Part shown: positions 45,177-54,901 of the stretch, piece by piece | Numbering within the stretch: the first letter of the stretch is position 1 | Layout of the letters: every line of letters starts with the position of its first letter | The notes under the pieces: model-generated | What the model was told of the DNA's origin: nothing | Seen by the model: the letters and a program-made list of their open reading frames with translations, nothing else | Databases searched by the model: none | NCBI GenBank assembly: GCA_019347675.1 | Contig: JAHWKW010000014.1 | Location: forward strand, 54,013 to 118,012 | DNA length: 64,000 nt | Direction of reading: 5' to 3' | Origin: Actinomycetota bacterium | Lineage (GTDB): Bacteria > Actinomycetota > Nitriliruptoria > Nitriliruptorales > JAHWKO01 | Translations under genes and position numbers: made by a program

Positions 45177-46934
45177 ATGTCGACCAGCAATGACCTGCAC
45201 GGCACGTTGACCATCCCGGAGGGCATCCAGGCGATCCCCGCGTCATCCCGCGACGAGCTCGACGCGGCCGTCGAGGCGGTGGGAGCCCGCAAGGGCGACT
45301 GGGTCGCCGTCGATGTGAACGAGCGAATCCGGATCCTCCAGCAGCTGATCCACGACACCCTCGAAGAGGCGGAGCGCTGGGCGGACGCGGGGACCGCCGC
45401 CAAGGGCATCGACCCGGAGTCGAACTTCGCCGGTGAGGAGTGGCTGTACGGCCCGGCACTGGTCGTGCGCAACCTCCGGCTGCTGAAGCGGGCGCTGCAG
45501 GACATCGCCGAGCACGGCCGGCCGCAGCTGCCCGGCGAGCCCGACACCCGTCACGACGGCCAGGTGGTCGCCCCCGTTTTCCCCACCGACGTGATCGACC
45601 GGCTGCTGTTCCTGGGTTTCACCGCCGAGGTGTGGATGCAGCCCGACGTGACGCTCGAGGGCCTGCCCGACAGCCAGGCGGTGATCTACCAGCCGGGCCA
45701 CCACCACGACGGCAAGGTGGCGCTGGTCCTCGGGGCGGGAAACGTCGGCGTGATCCCCCCCACGGACGTGCTGTACAAGCTCTTCGCCGAGGACCAGGTC
45801 GTGGTGTTGAAGATGAACCCCGTCAACGACTACCTGGGGCCGATCCTCGAGGACGCCTTCGATGCGCTGATCGACCGCGGCTTCTTGAGGATCGTGTACG
45901 GGGGTGTGGACGCGGGCCGCTACCTCACGCAGCACCCGGGCGTCGACACCCTCCACATCACCGGCTCGGACAAGACCCACGACGCGATCGTCTTCGGCGC
46001 CGGCGCGGAGGGCCGTCGCAACAAGCAGCAGCGCACCCCGAAACTCGACAAGCCGATCACGAGCGAACTGGGGAGCATCACCCCGGTCATCGTGGTTCCC
46101 GGTCCGTGGTCAGACGGTGACCTGGCGTTCCACGGCGAGAACATCGCGTCGATGCTGATGGGCAACGCCGGGTTCAACTGCGTCACCGCCCGGCTGATCA
46201 TCACACACCGCCGCTGGGGCAAGCGAGGGGCCCTCCTCGACGCGATCCGCGACGTCCTGGAGCGCACCACGCTGCGATACCCCTACTACCCCGGCGCCCG
46301 CGAACGGTTCGAGCGGTTCGTCGAGGCCCACCCGGAGGCCGAGACGTACGGGGAGGACGGGTCGGAGGGGGTGCCGTGGACGTTCATCCCGGGGGTCGCA
46401 CCGACCGACGAGGACGACATCGTCTTCACGATGGAGCCGTTCGCCGGGATCTTCGCCGAGACGGCCCTCGACGCGCCGCCGTCCATCCCCGACTTCCTCG
46501 CACGGGCGACTGAGCTGTGCAACGACCGGCTGTGGGGCACGCTCGCCGCCTCGATCATCGTCCACCCGCGGTCGCTGAACGACCCGGCCGTCGCTGACGC
46601 GGTCGACCGGGCCGTGGCCGACCTGCGCTACGGGACGGTCGTGATCAACCACTTCACGGGCGTTCCGTTCGGGATGTTCTCGACCCCGTGGGGCGCCTAC
46701 CCCGGCCACGAGCTCCATGACATCCAGTCCGGACGGGGCGTGGTGCACAACACCTACCTGTTCGACCAGCCGCAGAAGTCGGTCGTGCGTGGACCCTTCC
46801 GGGTGTGGCCCAGACCAGTGTGGTTCGCCAACCACCGCAACGCCGAAGCGACGGTGCGCGAGCTGACCCACGTGTTCGCCGACCCGTCGCTGCACAGGCT
46901 GCCGAAGCTGATGTGGGAGGCGGCCCAGGGGTGA
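45177..46934 (+). CDS. aldehyde dehydrogenase family protein (long, about 585 aa form)
   Basis: NAGFNCVTARLII (catalytic Cys context), ITGSDKTHDAIVFG and ELGSITPVIV (catalytic Glu context). Confidence 0.75.
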   Translation: MSTSNDLHGTLTIPEGIQAIPASSRDELDAAVEAVGARKGDWVAVDVNERIRILQQLIHDTLEEAERWADAGTAAKGIDPESNFAGEEWLYGPALVVRNLRLLKRALQDIAEHGRPQLPGEPDTRHDGQVVAPVFPTDVIDRLLFLGFTAEVWMQPDVTLEGLPDSQAVIYQPGHHHDGKVALVLGAGNVGVIPPTDVLYKLFAEDQVVVLKMNPVNDYLGPILEDAFDALIDRGFLRIVYGGVDAGRYLTQHPGVDTLHITGSDKTHDAIVFGAGAEGRRNKQQRTPKLDKPITSELGSITPVIVVPGPWSDGDLAFHGENIASMLMGNAGFNCVTARLIITHRRWGKRGALLDAIRDVLERTTLRYPYYPGARERFERFVEAHPEAETYGEDGSEGVPWTFIPGVAPTDEDDIVFTMEPFAGIFAETALDAPPSIPDFLARATELCNDRLWGTLAASIIVHPRSLNDPAVADAVDRAVADLRYGTVVINHFTGVPFGMFSTPWGAYPGHELHDIQSGRGVVHNTYLFDQPQKSVVRGPFRVWPRPVWFANHRNAEATVRELTHVFADPSLHRLPKLMWEAAQG

Positions 46935-46979
46935 ACCGGCGGGCGTGACGTGGCTGGACCGGCTCCCGAGGTGGTCAGA

Positions 46980-47354
46980 TCACGAGAACAGCTCGCGGGC
47001 CCTGCGGATGTCGTCGACCGCGAACACCACCCGGTTGTTCGTGGCCAGGTAGGCCTGCTCGATGTTCACGCCCGCGTCGGCCAGAACCCGGCTCTTGTCG
47101 CCCAGCGCACCCGGACGGTCCTCGATGTCGAGGACCAGGACGTCGCGGGCGGCACGCACGTCGAAGCCGGCGTCGGCCAGGACCCGCTGGGCCTCCTCGG
47201 CGTCGGTGACAAGGATGTGGACGATGCCCTTGCCCTGCCCGGTGAAGGCGCTCACACCCTCCAGGTTCACCCCGCCACGGCCCGCGGCCTCACCGATCCG
47301 CGCCAGCACCCCCGGTTCGTCATCGGGGATGAGGACGAAGTCCTTGTACTCCAT
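46980..47354 (-). CDS. ACT domain-containing protein (paralogue of 19909..20286)
   Basis: ATG 47354. Shows DEPGVLARI...VNLEG and DRPGALGDK...VNIEQ repeats, the same two-half architecture as the 19.9-kb gene. Confidence 0.6.
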   Translation of the reverse strand: MEYKDFVLIPDDEPGVLARIGEAAGRGGVNLEGVSAFTGQGKGIVHILVTDAEEAQRVLADAGFDVRAARDVLVLDIEDRPGALGDKSRVLADAGVNIEQAYLATNNRVVFAVDDIRRARELFS

Positions 47355-47490
47355 GGGATCCACCTGTCTTGGCCGCGTCCGGGTCACACGCACCGAGCAT
47401 GCTAGGAGCCTCCGATCCGGCGGGGCGGGCGGATACGGGCCTGCAACGTCTCGACGGCCGGTGACGGCCGAGGTACCGTCACAGCGTCCT

Positions 47491-47563
47491 TCCGGGGTGG
47501 CGCAACCGGCAGCGCGAGGCACTGTTAATGCCGAGGTTGAGGGTTCGAGTCCCTCCCCCGGAG
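47491..47563 (+). tRNA. tRNA-Asn (anticodon GTT)
   Basis: Manual cloverleaf fold. Acceptor TCCGGGG/CCCCGGA, D-arm GCGC-AACCGGCA-GCGC, and anticodon arm AGGCA-CTGTTAA-TGCCG. Variable loop AGGTT, T-arm GAGGG-TTCGAGT-CCCTC, discriminator G. 73 nt, with no encoded CCA. Confidence 0.9.
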
Positions 47564-47576
47564 CCCCACCCGACAC

Positions 47577-47601
47577 GGCGCACCCCCACGTGGGGTGCGC
47601 C
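47577..47601. terminator. 10-bp GC-rich hairpin after tRNA-Asn and opposite the CWB2 gene end
   Basis: ggcgcacccc-cacgt-ggggtgcgcc is a perfect 10-bp stem with a 5-nt loop. It is followed by gtt only, so the U-tract is weak. Confidence 0.4.
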
Positions 47602-47670
47602 GTTCGACGTTGCCTCGTGAACGGCGACGGGGCCCCAAGCGGGGCCCCGTGCCGTCGTGGTCCGTCGCGG

Positions 47671-49278
47671 TCAGCTAGCTCGTGGTGGCGGGGTGGGGAA
47701 CGCCCCGTGAGCCGGCTCGGGGTCGAACGAGCACGCCTGCTCGGCGCCACCGCCCCGGATCGCCTGCTCGGCGCGTGTCTGCACGGTCTTGGCGATCGCC
47801 CGCTCGCCGCCGTACACCCACGCGCGTTCGAGGGTGTGCGCGGTCCAGCACAGGTTGCGGGCCGCCTCGGCGGACAGCTCCCCCGTCCCGGTGAGCAGCA
47901 TCGGGCCAGCCTGGCGGCCGCCGATGTGCACGCCCCCGGTCAGCGCGTCAGCGAACATCGGGTCCTGATCGGTCCCGGTCCCGCCTGCACGGGCCAGGCC
48001 GGCGTTGACCGGAGCCTCGTAGAAGAACTCCGCCACCGCGGCCGACGTCCCGACCCGGCCGACACCGAAGATCGAGCGGTACACCTCCGGCTGCAGCGCG
48101 TAGCCGTTCACGGCCGGACCACCGATCGCGTACCGGCCCGTGTTCAGGTGGGCGTTGATGAACGCTTCGGTCACCTCGTGCTTGTCGGTGCTGGTGTAGC
48201 CACTGAGCAGCACCGCGGTGTTGTCCAGGTGCGCTGCCGCGGCGCCCGCCACGACCGCGTCCGGCCAACGGAAGGCCGACGTGATCAGCAGCTTCTCCAG
48301 AGGCCCGGTGGTCTTCTCGATCTGGGTGGCGATCGCTGCGGCCGTCGCGACGCGTTCCGCGCCGAAGATCCGCACCGTCTGGTACCCGAGCGCGGCGACC
48401 TGGGCCTGGGCGGCCGGGGTGATCGCCTCGTCACCGCCGAGCATGTAGATCGTCTTGTTGGTGTCGTTGCCGAGCACCCGCCTGATCTCCGTGGCAGCCT
48501 GGCCGTGCAGCTCCGGCGGGAAGGTCAGGAGCAGCGGTGCCTTCTTGGCGTGGGCGAGCGGTGCTCCCGTCAGGGCGTCGGGGTACTTGTCCGCCCGGGC
48601 CAGGACCACCGCTTGGGCGGCCCCGTTGTTGTACAGGGCCTGCGAGATCTTGACCGCCGTGTCGATGCGGTCCTGACCCCCTAAGCGGCTGGACTCGCCG
48701 ACGTCGTCGGCCCCGACCCAGGTCTTGTCGACCACGTCGGCGGGCTCGTCGGCGTCGAGGACGAGGTCACCGTCCTTGTCGACGAACACGACGATCACGT
48801 CCCGTCCGATATTGGCGCCGGTGTAGGACTGCTGGCAGGTCCCGTTCGCGCCGGTGTCGCACGCCCCGAAGACCCCGGCGGGTACGTCCGTCAACGGTGG
48901 GTCGAACCCCACGGCGGCGTTGGTGGCCGTTAGGCGGTTGGGGCCCTGCACGATCTTGAAGACGACACGCTCACCGGTCGTCCGGGTGTCGATCGGCTGC
49001 GGTTGCGCTGCCCTGTTCGCGTAGGTCGCGGTGATCGTGTGTGCGGTGTCGGTCCGGTTGGTCGCGGTCTCCGGCGCCGCGTTGAGTGTTGCGGTCTGCG
49101 CCACCTGTTCCAGGGTGTACGGATCCCGCTCGCCCACGAGTTCGGGGGGGACGGTCACGCCCCCATCCTGGGCTGAGGCGACGGACGCCAACGTCAGCGG
49201 CACGGACAACGCCAGGAGCGTCGCCGCGGCCGCGAGCCAGGCGTACGACCTCAGGCTCGCTACTCGGTTCTCGTTCAA
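47671..49278 (-). CDS. secreted protein with N-terminal Ig-like region and three cell-wall-binding repeat 2 (CWB2) modules
   Basis: Three CWB2-like cores: RLGGQDRIDTAVKIS, RIFGAERVATAAAIA and IFGVGRVGTSAAVA. The signal peptide is SLRSYAWLAAAATLLALSVPLTLASVASA. I prefer TTG 49278 (GAGAGG upstream); the longest ORF starts at 49392. Confidence 0.7.
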   Translation of the reverse strand: MNENRVASLRSYAWLAAAATLLALSVPLTLASVASAQDGGVTVPPELVGERDPYTLEQVAQTATLNAAPETATNRTDTAHTITATYANRAAQPQPIDTRTTGERVVFKIVQGPNRLTATNAAVGFDPPLTDVPAGVFGACDTGANGTCQQSYTGANIGRDVIVVFVDKDGDLVLDADEPADVVDKTWVGADDVGESSRLGGQDRIDTAVKISQALYNNGAAQAVVLARADKYPDALTGAPLAHAKKAPLLLTFPPELHGQAATEIRRVLGNDTNKTIYMLGGDEAITPAAQAQVAALGYQTVRIFGAERVATAAAIATQIEKTTGPLEKLLITSAFRWPDAVVAGAAAAHLDNTAVLLSGYTSTDKHEVTEAFINAHLNTGRYAIGGPAVNGYALQPEVYRSIFGVGRVGTSAAVAEFFYEAPVNAGLARAGGTGTDQDPMFADALTGGVHIGGRQAGPMLLTGTGELSAEAARNLCWTAHTLERAWVYGGERAIAKTVQTRAEQAIRGGGAEQACSFDPEPAHGAFPTPPPRAS

Positions 49279-49537
49279 GTCCGGTGCCTCTCGACAGTGT
49301 GCGTGTGGTGCCGGGCCCGGCCACGACGTGGCCGAGGAAGGCTCGATGAGGCCCCCGCTCGCTGGTCCCATCCCCATGGCTCGTGGACCCAACGGTGAAG
49401 GACCATAGACACCGCCACGCGCGCTTGGCCACCCGGCACCCGCCGGTCGGACAGGGACTGGCGTGCAGCCGTCAGGTCGCGCCCCGTGACGACGACGTCG
49501 CGGACGGTGGCATCATCCGCGGGTTACCCTCCGGCGC

Positions 49538-51400
49538 ATGGCGCTGATCGAGCGGACCCTCGCCGTGCAGCGGGCCACCGTCGCCGCGCTCCTGGCCGGA
49601 TCGGCGTTGGTGTTCTGGCGTGCCAGCTACGACGTGTTCAACACGCCGAAGGCGACGCTGGTCGTCCTCGCCACGATCGTTCTGCTGGCCACCGGCGGCC
49701 TCCGCCTGTCACGCACCCGCGTCCTGCACCTGCCAAGGACCCGCGCCTGGGCGGTCCTGGCGGTCTTCGCCGCCGGCTTGGTGGCTGCGACGCTGACAGG
49801 GGACGCGCCGATGCGCGCCACGGTCGGCGAACCGGGCCGCCACACCGGGCTGGCGATGTACGTCGTGTACGCGGTGCTGTTCGCCGTGTCGCTGACGTTG
49901 TTCCGCGATCGGTCACCCGACGTGCTGATCCGCGCTCTGGTGGTGGCCGCCGTCCCGGTCGCCGGTTACGGGCTGCTACAGGCGGCCGGGATCGAGCCGT
50001 TCGAGTGGATCGCGTTCGAGGCCGGCCCCCAGGTCGTATCCACCATGGGCAACGCCAACTTCCTGGCCGCCTGGCTGGGGATCGTCGCCCCGCTGGCCAT
50101 CGGCGGGGCGTTGCGGACGCCGTGGCCGGTTGGGTGGCGGGCGGCGGCGGCGGGCGCCGCGGCGTTGGCGCTGGTGGTCGCCGCGGCGACCGGCTCGCTG
50201 CAAGGCGTGGCCGTCGCCGCGGTCGGGATCGGCCCGGTGGCATGGATCGGGGCCGGCCCCCGCCTGTCGCGCCGGTCGCGGTGGGCCGTGGCGGCGCTGG
50301 TGATCGTGGCGGCCGTCGGGGTCGTCGCGGCGGTGGCTGCCGAGATCGGCCCCCTGGAGACGGTCCGGTCGAGCGCGGCTCTGAGCGTCAGCACCCGGGC
50401 CGGCAAGTGGGCAGCGGCGTGGCGCATGTTCACCGACCACCCGGTGACGGGGGTCGGGCTGGCCGGGTTCGGCGACCGCTTCAACCTCTACCGCTCCGCG
50501 GAGGTGGCGGCCCGATCGGGCCTGCTGCGCTCGGTCGACGACCCCCACGCCGTCCCGCTGGCGCTGCTGGCCAGCGGCGGTGTCGTGCTGGCGGCCGGGT
50601 ACCTGGCCGTGGTCGGGTTGACCGCCTGGTCGCTGGTCCGTGGCCTGCGGACGGCCGACGGCGACGACCAGCTCGTCCTGGCTGCACTCGGCGGGGCCTG
50701 GCTCGGCTACCAGCTGCAGTCCCTGGTGTCGATCGATGTCCCGCCGCTGGCGGCGCTGCACTGGGTGCTGGCCGGGGTGATCGTCGGTCGGGCGACCCGC
50801 CCCGCATGCTGGACGCTGACCCTCCCCGGCGCCCCGGCGCCGGGACGGCGCAGCCAGTCGAGGCTGGCGCCCCGCTCCCCCGGCATGTTGGCGAGCATCA
50901 CGCTGCTGGCGGTGGCGGCGGGGGCGATCGCGCTGACGCCGCTGCGGGCCGATGTTGCTGCCGCCCACGCGGTCCGGCTGGCCGCCCGCGGCGACACCCA
51001 AGCGGCGTTCGCCGCCTACGAGCGCGCCTCGCAGGTGGCCTGGTGGGAGGGCCTGTACCCGGCGCTCACGGGAGCGTACCTGACCGAGCTCGGCAGCTAC
51101 GACGAGGCCCGGCAGCGTCACGAGGAAGCCGCAGCCCGTGAACCACGCAACCTGGTCCACCGCATCAACATCGCGAGGCTGTCCGCCGCGCTGGGCGAGA
51201 TCGGACGCGCCCGGGACGCCTACCAGACCGCCCTGGCCCTCGACCCCAAGACCCCCGACGTACTGGCGGAGGTCGGCGAGTTCGAACTGCAGCACGGCAA
51301 CCCTCGCCGGGCCGCGGAGCTGCTGCAGCGCGCCGTGGACCGCCGGCCGGGCAACCGCACCTGGCAGCAGCTGCTCACGCAGGCTCGCGAGGCCGGCTGA
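49538..51400 (+). CDS. O-antigen ligase (Wzy_C) family membrane protein with C-terminal TPR repeats
   Basis: About 10-12 TM helices. A large loop with GVGLAGFGDRF...DDPHAVPLALLASGG resembles the Wzy_C/O-antigen ligase motif. The C-terminal 170 aa shows a TPR-like pattern (AAFAAYERASQVAWWEG, ARDAYQTALALDP). Confidence 0.7.
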   Translation: MALIERTLAVQRATVAALLAGSALVFWRASYDVFNTPKATLVVLATIVLLATGGLRLSRTRVLHLPRTRAWAVLAVFAAGLVAATLTGDAPMRATVGEPGRHTGLAMYVVYAVLFAVSLTLFRDRSPDVLIRALVVAAVPVAGYGLLQAAGIEPFEWIAFEAGPQVVSTMGNANFLAAWLGIVAPLAIGGALRTPWPVGWRAAAAGAAALALVVAAATGSLQGVAVAAVGIGPVAWIGAGPRLSRRSRWAVAALVIVAAVGVVAAVAAEIGPLETVRSSAALSVSTRAGKWAAAWRMFTDHPVTGVGLAGFGDRFNLYRSAEVAARSGLLRSVDDPHAVPLALLASGGVVLAAGYLAVVGLTAWSLVRGLRTADGDDQLVLAALGGAWLGYQLQSLVSIDVPPLAALHWVLAGVIVGRATRPACWTLTLPGAPAPGRRSQSRLAPRSPGMLASITLLAVAAGAIALTPLRADVAAAHAVRLAARGDTQAAFAAYERASQVAWWEGLYPALTGAYLTELGSYDEARQRHEEAAAREPRNLVHRINIARLSAALGEIGRARDAYQTALALDPKTPDVLAEVGEFELQHGNPRRAAELLQRAVDRRPGNRTWQQLLTQAREAG

Positions 51401-51403
51401 GTC

Positions 51404-52369
51404 TCAGACCTTCAGGACGAGCTTCCCGAAGACGTCACCTGCCGCCAAGCGCGCCAGCGCCTGGTCGCCGTCCGTCAACGGGAACGTCCCGTCGATCAGC
51501 GGGCGCACCCCGGTCACGTGCAGGAACCGTACGAGCGACTCGAGCTCGCGGCGGGTGCCCATCGTCGAGCCAAGAACGCGCAGGTGGCGGAAGAACAGGT
51601 GGTTGAGCACGGCCGGCGGCGTGGTCCCGGTGGTGGCTCCGATCACCACGACCGTCCCGCCGGCACGGACGCTCTTCATGGAATGCTCCCAGGTGGCTTC
51701 GCCGACGCTCTCGAGGATGAGGTCCACCCTCTCCGGCAGCCGTTCACCCGCCTCCAGCGCCGCATGTGCTCCCAGCTCCCGCGCGGCCTCCCGCTTCTCT
51801 GCGTTCCGGCTGGTGACGTACACCCGGGCGCCGGCAGCGCGTGCCAGGAGAATCGCCGCGGTGGAGGTTCCCCCGCCCGCGCCCTGCACCAGGACCCGAC
51901 CACCCGGGTTCAGGCCGCCACGCGTGAACAGCGCGCGGTAGACCGTCAGGTACGCGGTCGGGAGGCACGCCGCTTCCTCGAACGACAGGTCGGGTGGCTT
52001 GTCGATCAGATTGTGGCGCGGCACAGCGACCTGCTCGGCGAACGTGCCGTCGTACCGCTCGGACAGGATGGAGAAATCCGACCTGGTCAGCGCGTCGTCG
52101 TCCCCGTCGGTTTCGCTGATCACCGAGTGCACGATCACCTCACGACCGTCCTCGGTCACGCCAGCCGCGTCGCATCCCAGCACGATCGGCAGCTGGTCCT
52201 CACGTAGCCCGATGCCGCGCAGGCTCCACAGGTCGTGGTGGTTGACGGACGCCGCCCGTACCCGCACCACGGTCCACCCCGGGGGAGGATCCGGATCGGG
52301 ATGATCGCCCAACGTCAGCCCCTGCAGCGGGTCGTCAGGCGAGAAGGAGGTCGCGGTGATGGCGAACAC
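51404..52369 (-). CDS. MDR family NAD(P)H-dependent oxidoreductase (quinone oxidoreductase/zinc-binding dehydrogenase-like)
   Basis: VRAASVNHHDLW, VLGCDAAG and GAGGGTSTAAILLARAAGARVYV Rossmann motifs. The start is uncertain (GTG 52369 preferred); the track ORF extends to 52696. Confidence 0.65.
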   Translation of the reverse strand: MFAITATSFSPDDPLQGLTLGDHPDPDPPPGWTVVRVRAASVNHHDLWSLRGIGLREDQLPIVLGCDAAGVTEDGREVIVHSVISETDGDDDALTRSDFSILSERYDGTFAEQVAVPRHNLIDKPPDLSFEEAACLPTAYLTVYRALFTRGGLNPGGRVLVQGAGGGTSTAAILLARAAGARVYVTSRNAEKREAARELGAHAALEAGERLPERVDLILESVGEATWEHSMKSVRAGGTVVVIGATTGTTPPAVLNHLFFRHLRVLGSTMGTRRELESLVRFLHVTGVRPLIDGTFPLTDGDQALARLAAGDVFGKLVLKV

Positions 52370-52472
52370 CGGCCCGAGCCTAGCCAGCCCGCAGCCCCCC
52401 GCCCGACTCCCCCGCCGGGGCACAGCGGCCACCGGCGCGTAGGGTCGAACGTCAGCGGATCCAGGGGGCAAC

Positions 52473-53024
52473 GTGAGCGCACAACGCGACGTCCACGGCA
52501 CCACGGTCGTGGCGCGCACCGGGGACCTCACCCAGCAGGACGTCGATGCGATCGTCAACGCCGCGAACGCACAGCTGCAGCACGGCGGTGGTGTCGCCGC
52601 AGCGATTGCCAAAGCCGGTGGGCCCACGATCCAGCGTGAGTCCGACGCCTGGGTGGACGAACACGGTTCGTTGTCGCCCGAGGAGGCGGCGGTCACCAGC
52701 GGCGGTGAGCTGCCTGCCCGGTGGGTGATCCACGTCGCCGGACCCGTCTACGGCGACCAGGAACCCGACGAGAGCCAGCGGCTGCTCGCGACCGCAGTGC
52801 GGGCCGCCCTGGACGCCGCGGCGGACGCCGGCGCCCGGTCGATCGCGTTCCCGGCCATCTCCGCCGGGGTGTATGGCTACCCCCGCGACGAGGCGACGGC
52901 CGTGATCGCCCGCACGGTCGTCGACTGGCTCCAGGAGCATCGCGATGCGCTCGACGAGGTCCGACTGATCGGCCTCGACGACGCCACCACGCAGGATTTC
53001 GCCGACGGGATCGACCAGGCCTGA
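52473..53024 (+). CDS. macro domain protein (ADP-ribose/O-acetyl-ADP-ribose hydrolase type)
   Basis: GDLTQQDVDAIVNAANAQLQHGGGVAAAI and IAFPAISAGVYGYP are the canonical macro-domain motifs. Confidence 0.8.
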   Translation: MSAQRDVHGTTVVARTGDLTQQDVDAIVNAANAQLQHGGGVAAAIAKAGGPTIQRESDAWVDEHGSLSPEEAAVTSGGELPARWVIHVAGPVYGDQEPDESQRLLATAVRAALDAAADAGARSIAFPAISAGVYGYPRDEATAVIARTVVDWLQEHRDALDEVRLIGLDDATTQDFADGIDQA

Positions 53025-53048
53025 CGGCGGGAACACGCGCCCACGTGG

Positions 53049-54102
53049 CTACCCGCCGGCCCCACTCCTCGGGTCGGTCGCCGCCGGGCGAGGCAGCGTC
53101 TCCACCGCGGCGGGGGTCGCCAGCTCGCCGCCGCTGTCGGCGCCGAGATCGCCGAGGCGGCGGGCTGCGCTGAGCACCCGGCTCTCGAGCGAGCCGACCG
53201 CCCGGTTGTACGCCCGCACCGACGTCTCCAGGCTGCGGCCGAGCGCGTCGATGTGCCGCAGGAAGGTGGTGAGCCGGCGGTGGAGTTCAGCGCCGAGGTC
53301 CGCCACCGTCCGGGCGTTCGCCGCAACCGCCTCCTCGCGCCAGCCATGCGCCACGGCACGCAACAATGCGATCAGCGTGGTCGGGGTCGCCACGATCACC
53401 CGCTGCTCCGCCCCGACCTCGACCAGGGCCGGGTCCTGCTCCAACGCCGCCCCGAAGAACGCCTCGCCGGGCAGGAACATCACCACGAAGTCGGGCGCGG
53501 ACGAGAACTGCGTCCAGTAGGCCTTCGCCCCGAGTCGGGCGACGTGCTTGCGGACCTGGCGTGCATGGTCGAAGAGCAACGCGGCGTGCGTCCTCGCTGT
53601 CGGCCTCGACCGCACGCAGGTACGCGTCCAGTGGCGCCTTGGCATCGACCACAACCTGGCGACCACCCGGGAGGGTCACCACGAGGTCGGGCCGCAGCCG
53701 ACCGTCGGGGGTGTCGACGGTGGGCTGCTGTGAGAAGTCGCAGTGCTCGACCATCCCGGCGAGCTCAACGACCCGTCGGAGCTGGACCTCCCCCCACGTC
53801 CCGCGGACGGTCGGCGACCGCAGGGCCGACACCAGCCGCCCCGTCTCGGTGCGGAGTTCGACCTGCCCGCGCGCCAGGTCGTGCACCTGCTGCGACAACG
53901 CCCCGTGCGCGTGCGCCCGGGACGCCTCCAGCGCGCGCACGTGGTCGTCGAACCGTCCCAGGGCGTCGTGCAGCGGCGCGACCGCCCGCCCGACCGCGTC
54001 CGCCGTCGCCGGGTCTGCATGCGCTGGCCGGCCGAGCCGGAGCGCCGCCCACGTCCCGACCGCCCCGAGCGCGATGCCCACCAGCAACCACACCATCTCC
54101 AC
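53049..54102 (-). pseudogene. rmuC: DNA recombination protein RmuC, split by a 1-nt frame shift near 53577-53592
   Basis: The N-terminal TM helix, coiled coil and VVVDAKAPLDAYLRAVEADSEDAR are in track ORF 53287..54102. The continuation AALLFDHARQVRKHVARLGAKAYW...FVVMFLPGEAFF...ATPTTLIALL is in track ORF 53049..53666. Confidence 0.7.
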
Positions 54103-54304
54103 CGGGCCGTTCCCTTCGTCGCCGCCTGCGTGTCGTTACCAACCCTCTTTCCGTACGACTCTCTTTTGGTACGAGCTCTGTCGTTCGGCCTGCTTGGCAT
54201 GATCCGTGCACCCTGCGACATCTCACCGGCACGGCCGCGACGTTCGCCCACCACTACCCTCGGGATCAGAACCCACCGGACACGTCGACCCGCAGGAGGC
54301 AGCG

Positions 54305-54901
54305 ATGGCAGACATCACCTACGACGAACGCACCGCCCTGATCGTCGTCGACACCCAGAACGACTTCGCCCACCCCGACGGCAACCTGTACGTCGACGGC
54401 GGGGAAGGAGCCGTCCCGGCGATCAACGCTGAGATCGACCGGGGGCGACAGGCCGGGACCTTGATCATCTACACCCAGGACTGGCACCCCGAGTCCACGC
54501 CGCACTTCGAGAAGGACGGTGGGGTGTGGCCGGTGCACTGCGTCAAGGGCAGCTGGGGCGCCGAGTTCTACGACGACCTGATCGTGGTCGACGACGCACC
54601 GGTCGTCCGCAAGGGCACCGAAGGCGGCGACGGGTACTCGGGGTTCAGCGTCCGCGACCCCGAGAGCGGCGAGGAGAGCGCGACGCAGCTGGACGCGATC
54701 CTGCGCGAACACGGGATCGAACGGGTCGTCGTGGTGGGCCTCGCCCAGGACTACTGCGTGAAGGAGACCGCCGTCGACGCCGCCAAGAAGCGTTACGACA
54801 CCACGGTCATGTCCGAGGCGACCCGGGCGGTGAACCTCCAGCCCGGCGACGGCGAGAAGGCGCTCGAGGACATGCGCGAGGCCGGGGCGCGCATCGCATG
54901 A
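54305..54901 (+). CDS. pncA: nicotinamidase/pyrazinamidase (isochorismatase family)
   Basis: ATG 54305 with AGGAGG upstream. Motifs ALIVVDTQNDF, WPVHCV and VVVVGLAQDYCV (catalytic Cys). Confidence 0.8.
   Translation: MADITYDERTALIVVDTQNDFAHPDGNLYVDGGEGAVPAINAEIDRGRQAGTLIIYTQDWHPESTPHFEKDGGVWPVHCVKGSWGAEFYDDLIVVDDAPVVRKGTEGGDGYSGFSVRDPESGEESATQLDAILREHGIERVVVVGLAQDYCVKETAVDAAKKRYDTTVMSEATRAVNLQPGDGEKALEDMREAGARIA

Noticed and set aside
54135-54175. GTTACCAA...TTGGTAC imperfect inverted repeat and GTACGA direct repeat in the rmuC/pncA spacer, considered as an NAD-regulator operator.
   Set aside because: The arms are imperfect (one extra base). I cannot match them to a known NrtR/NiaR/NdnR consensus from memory, so the evidence is too weak for a feature call.
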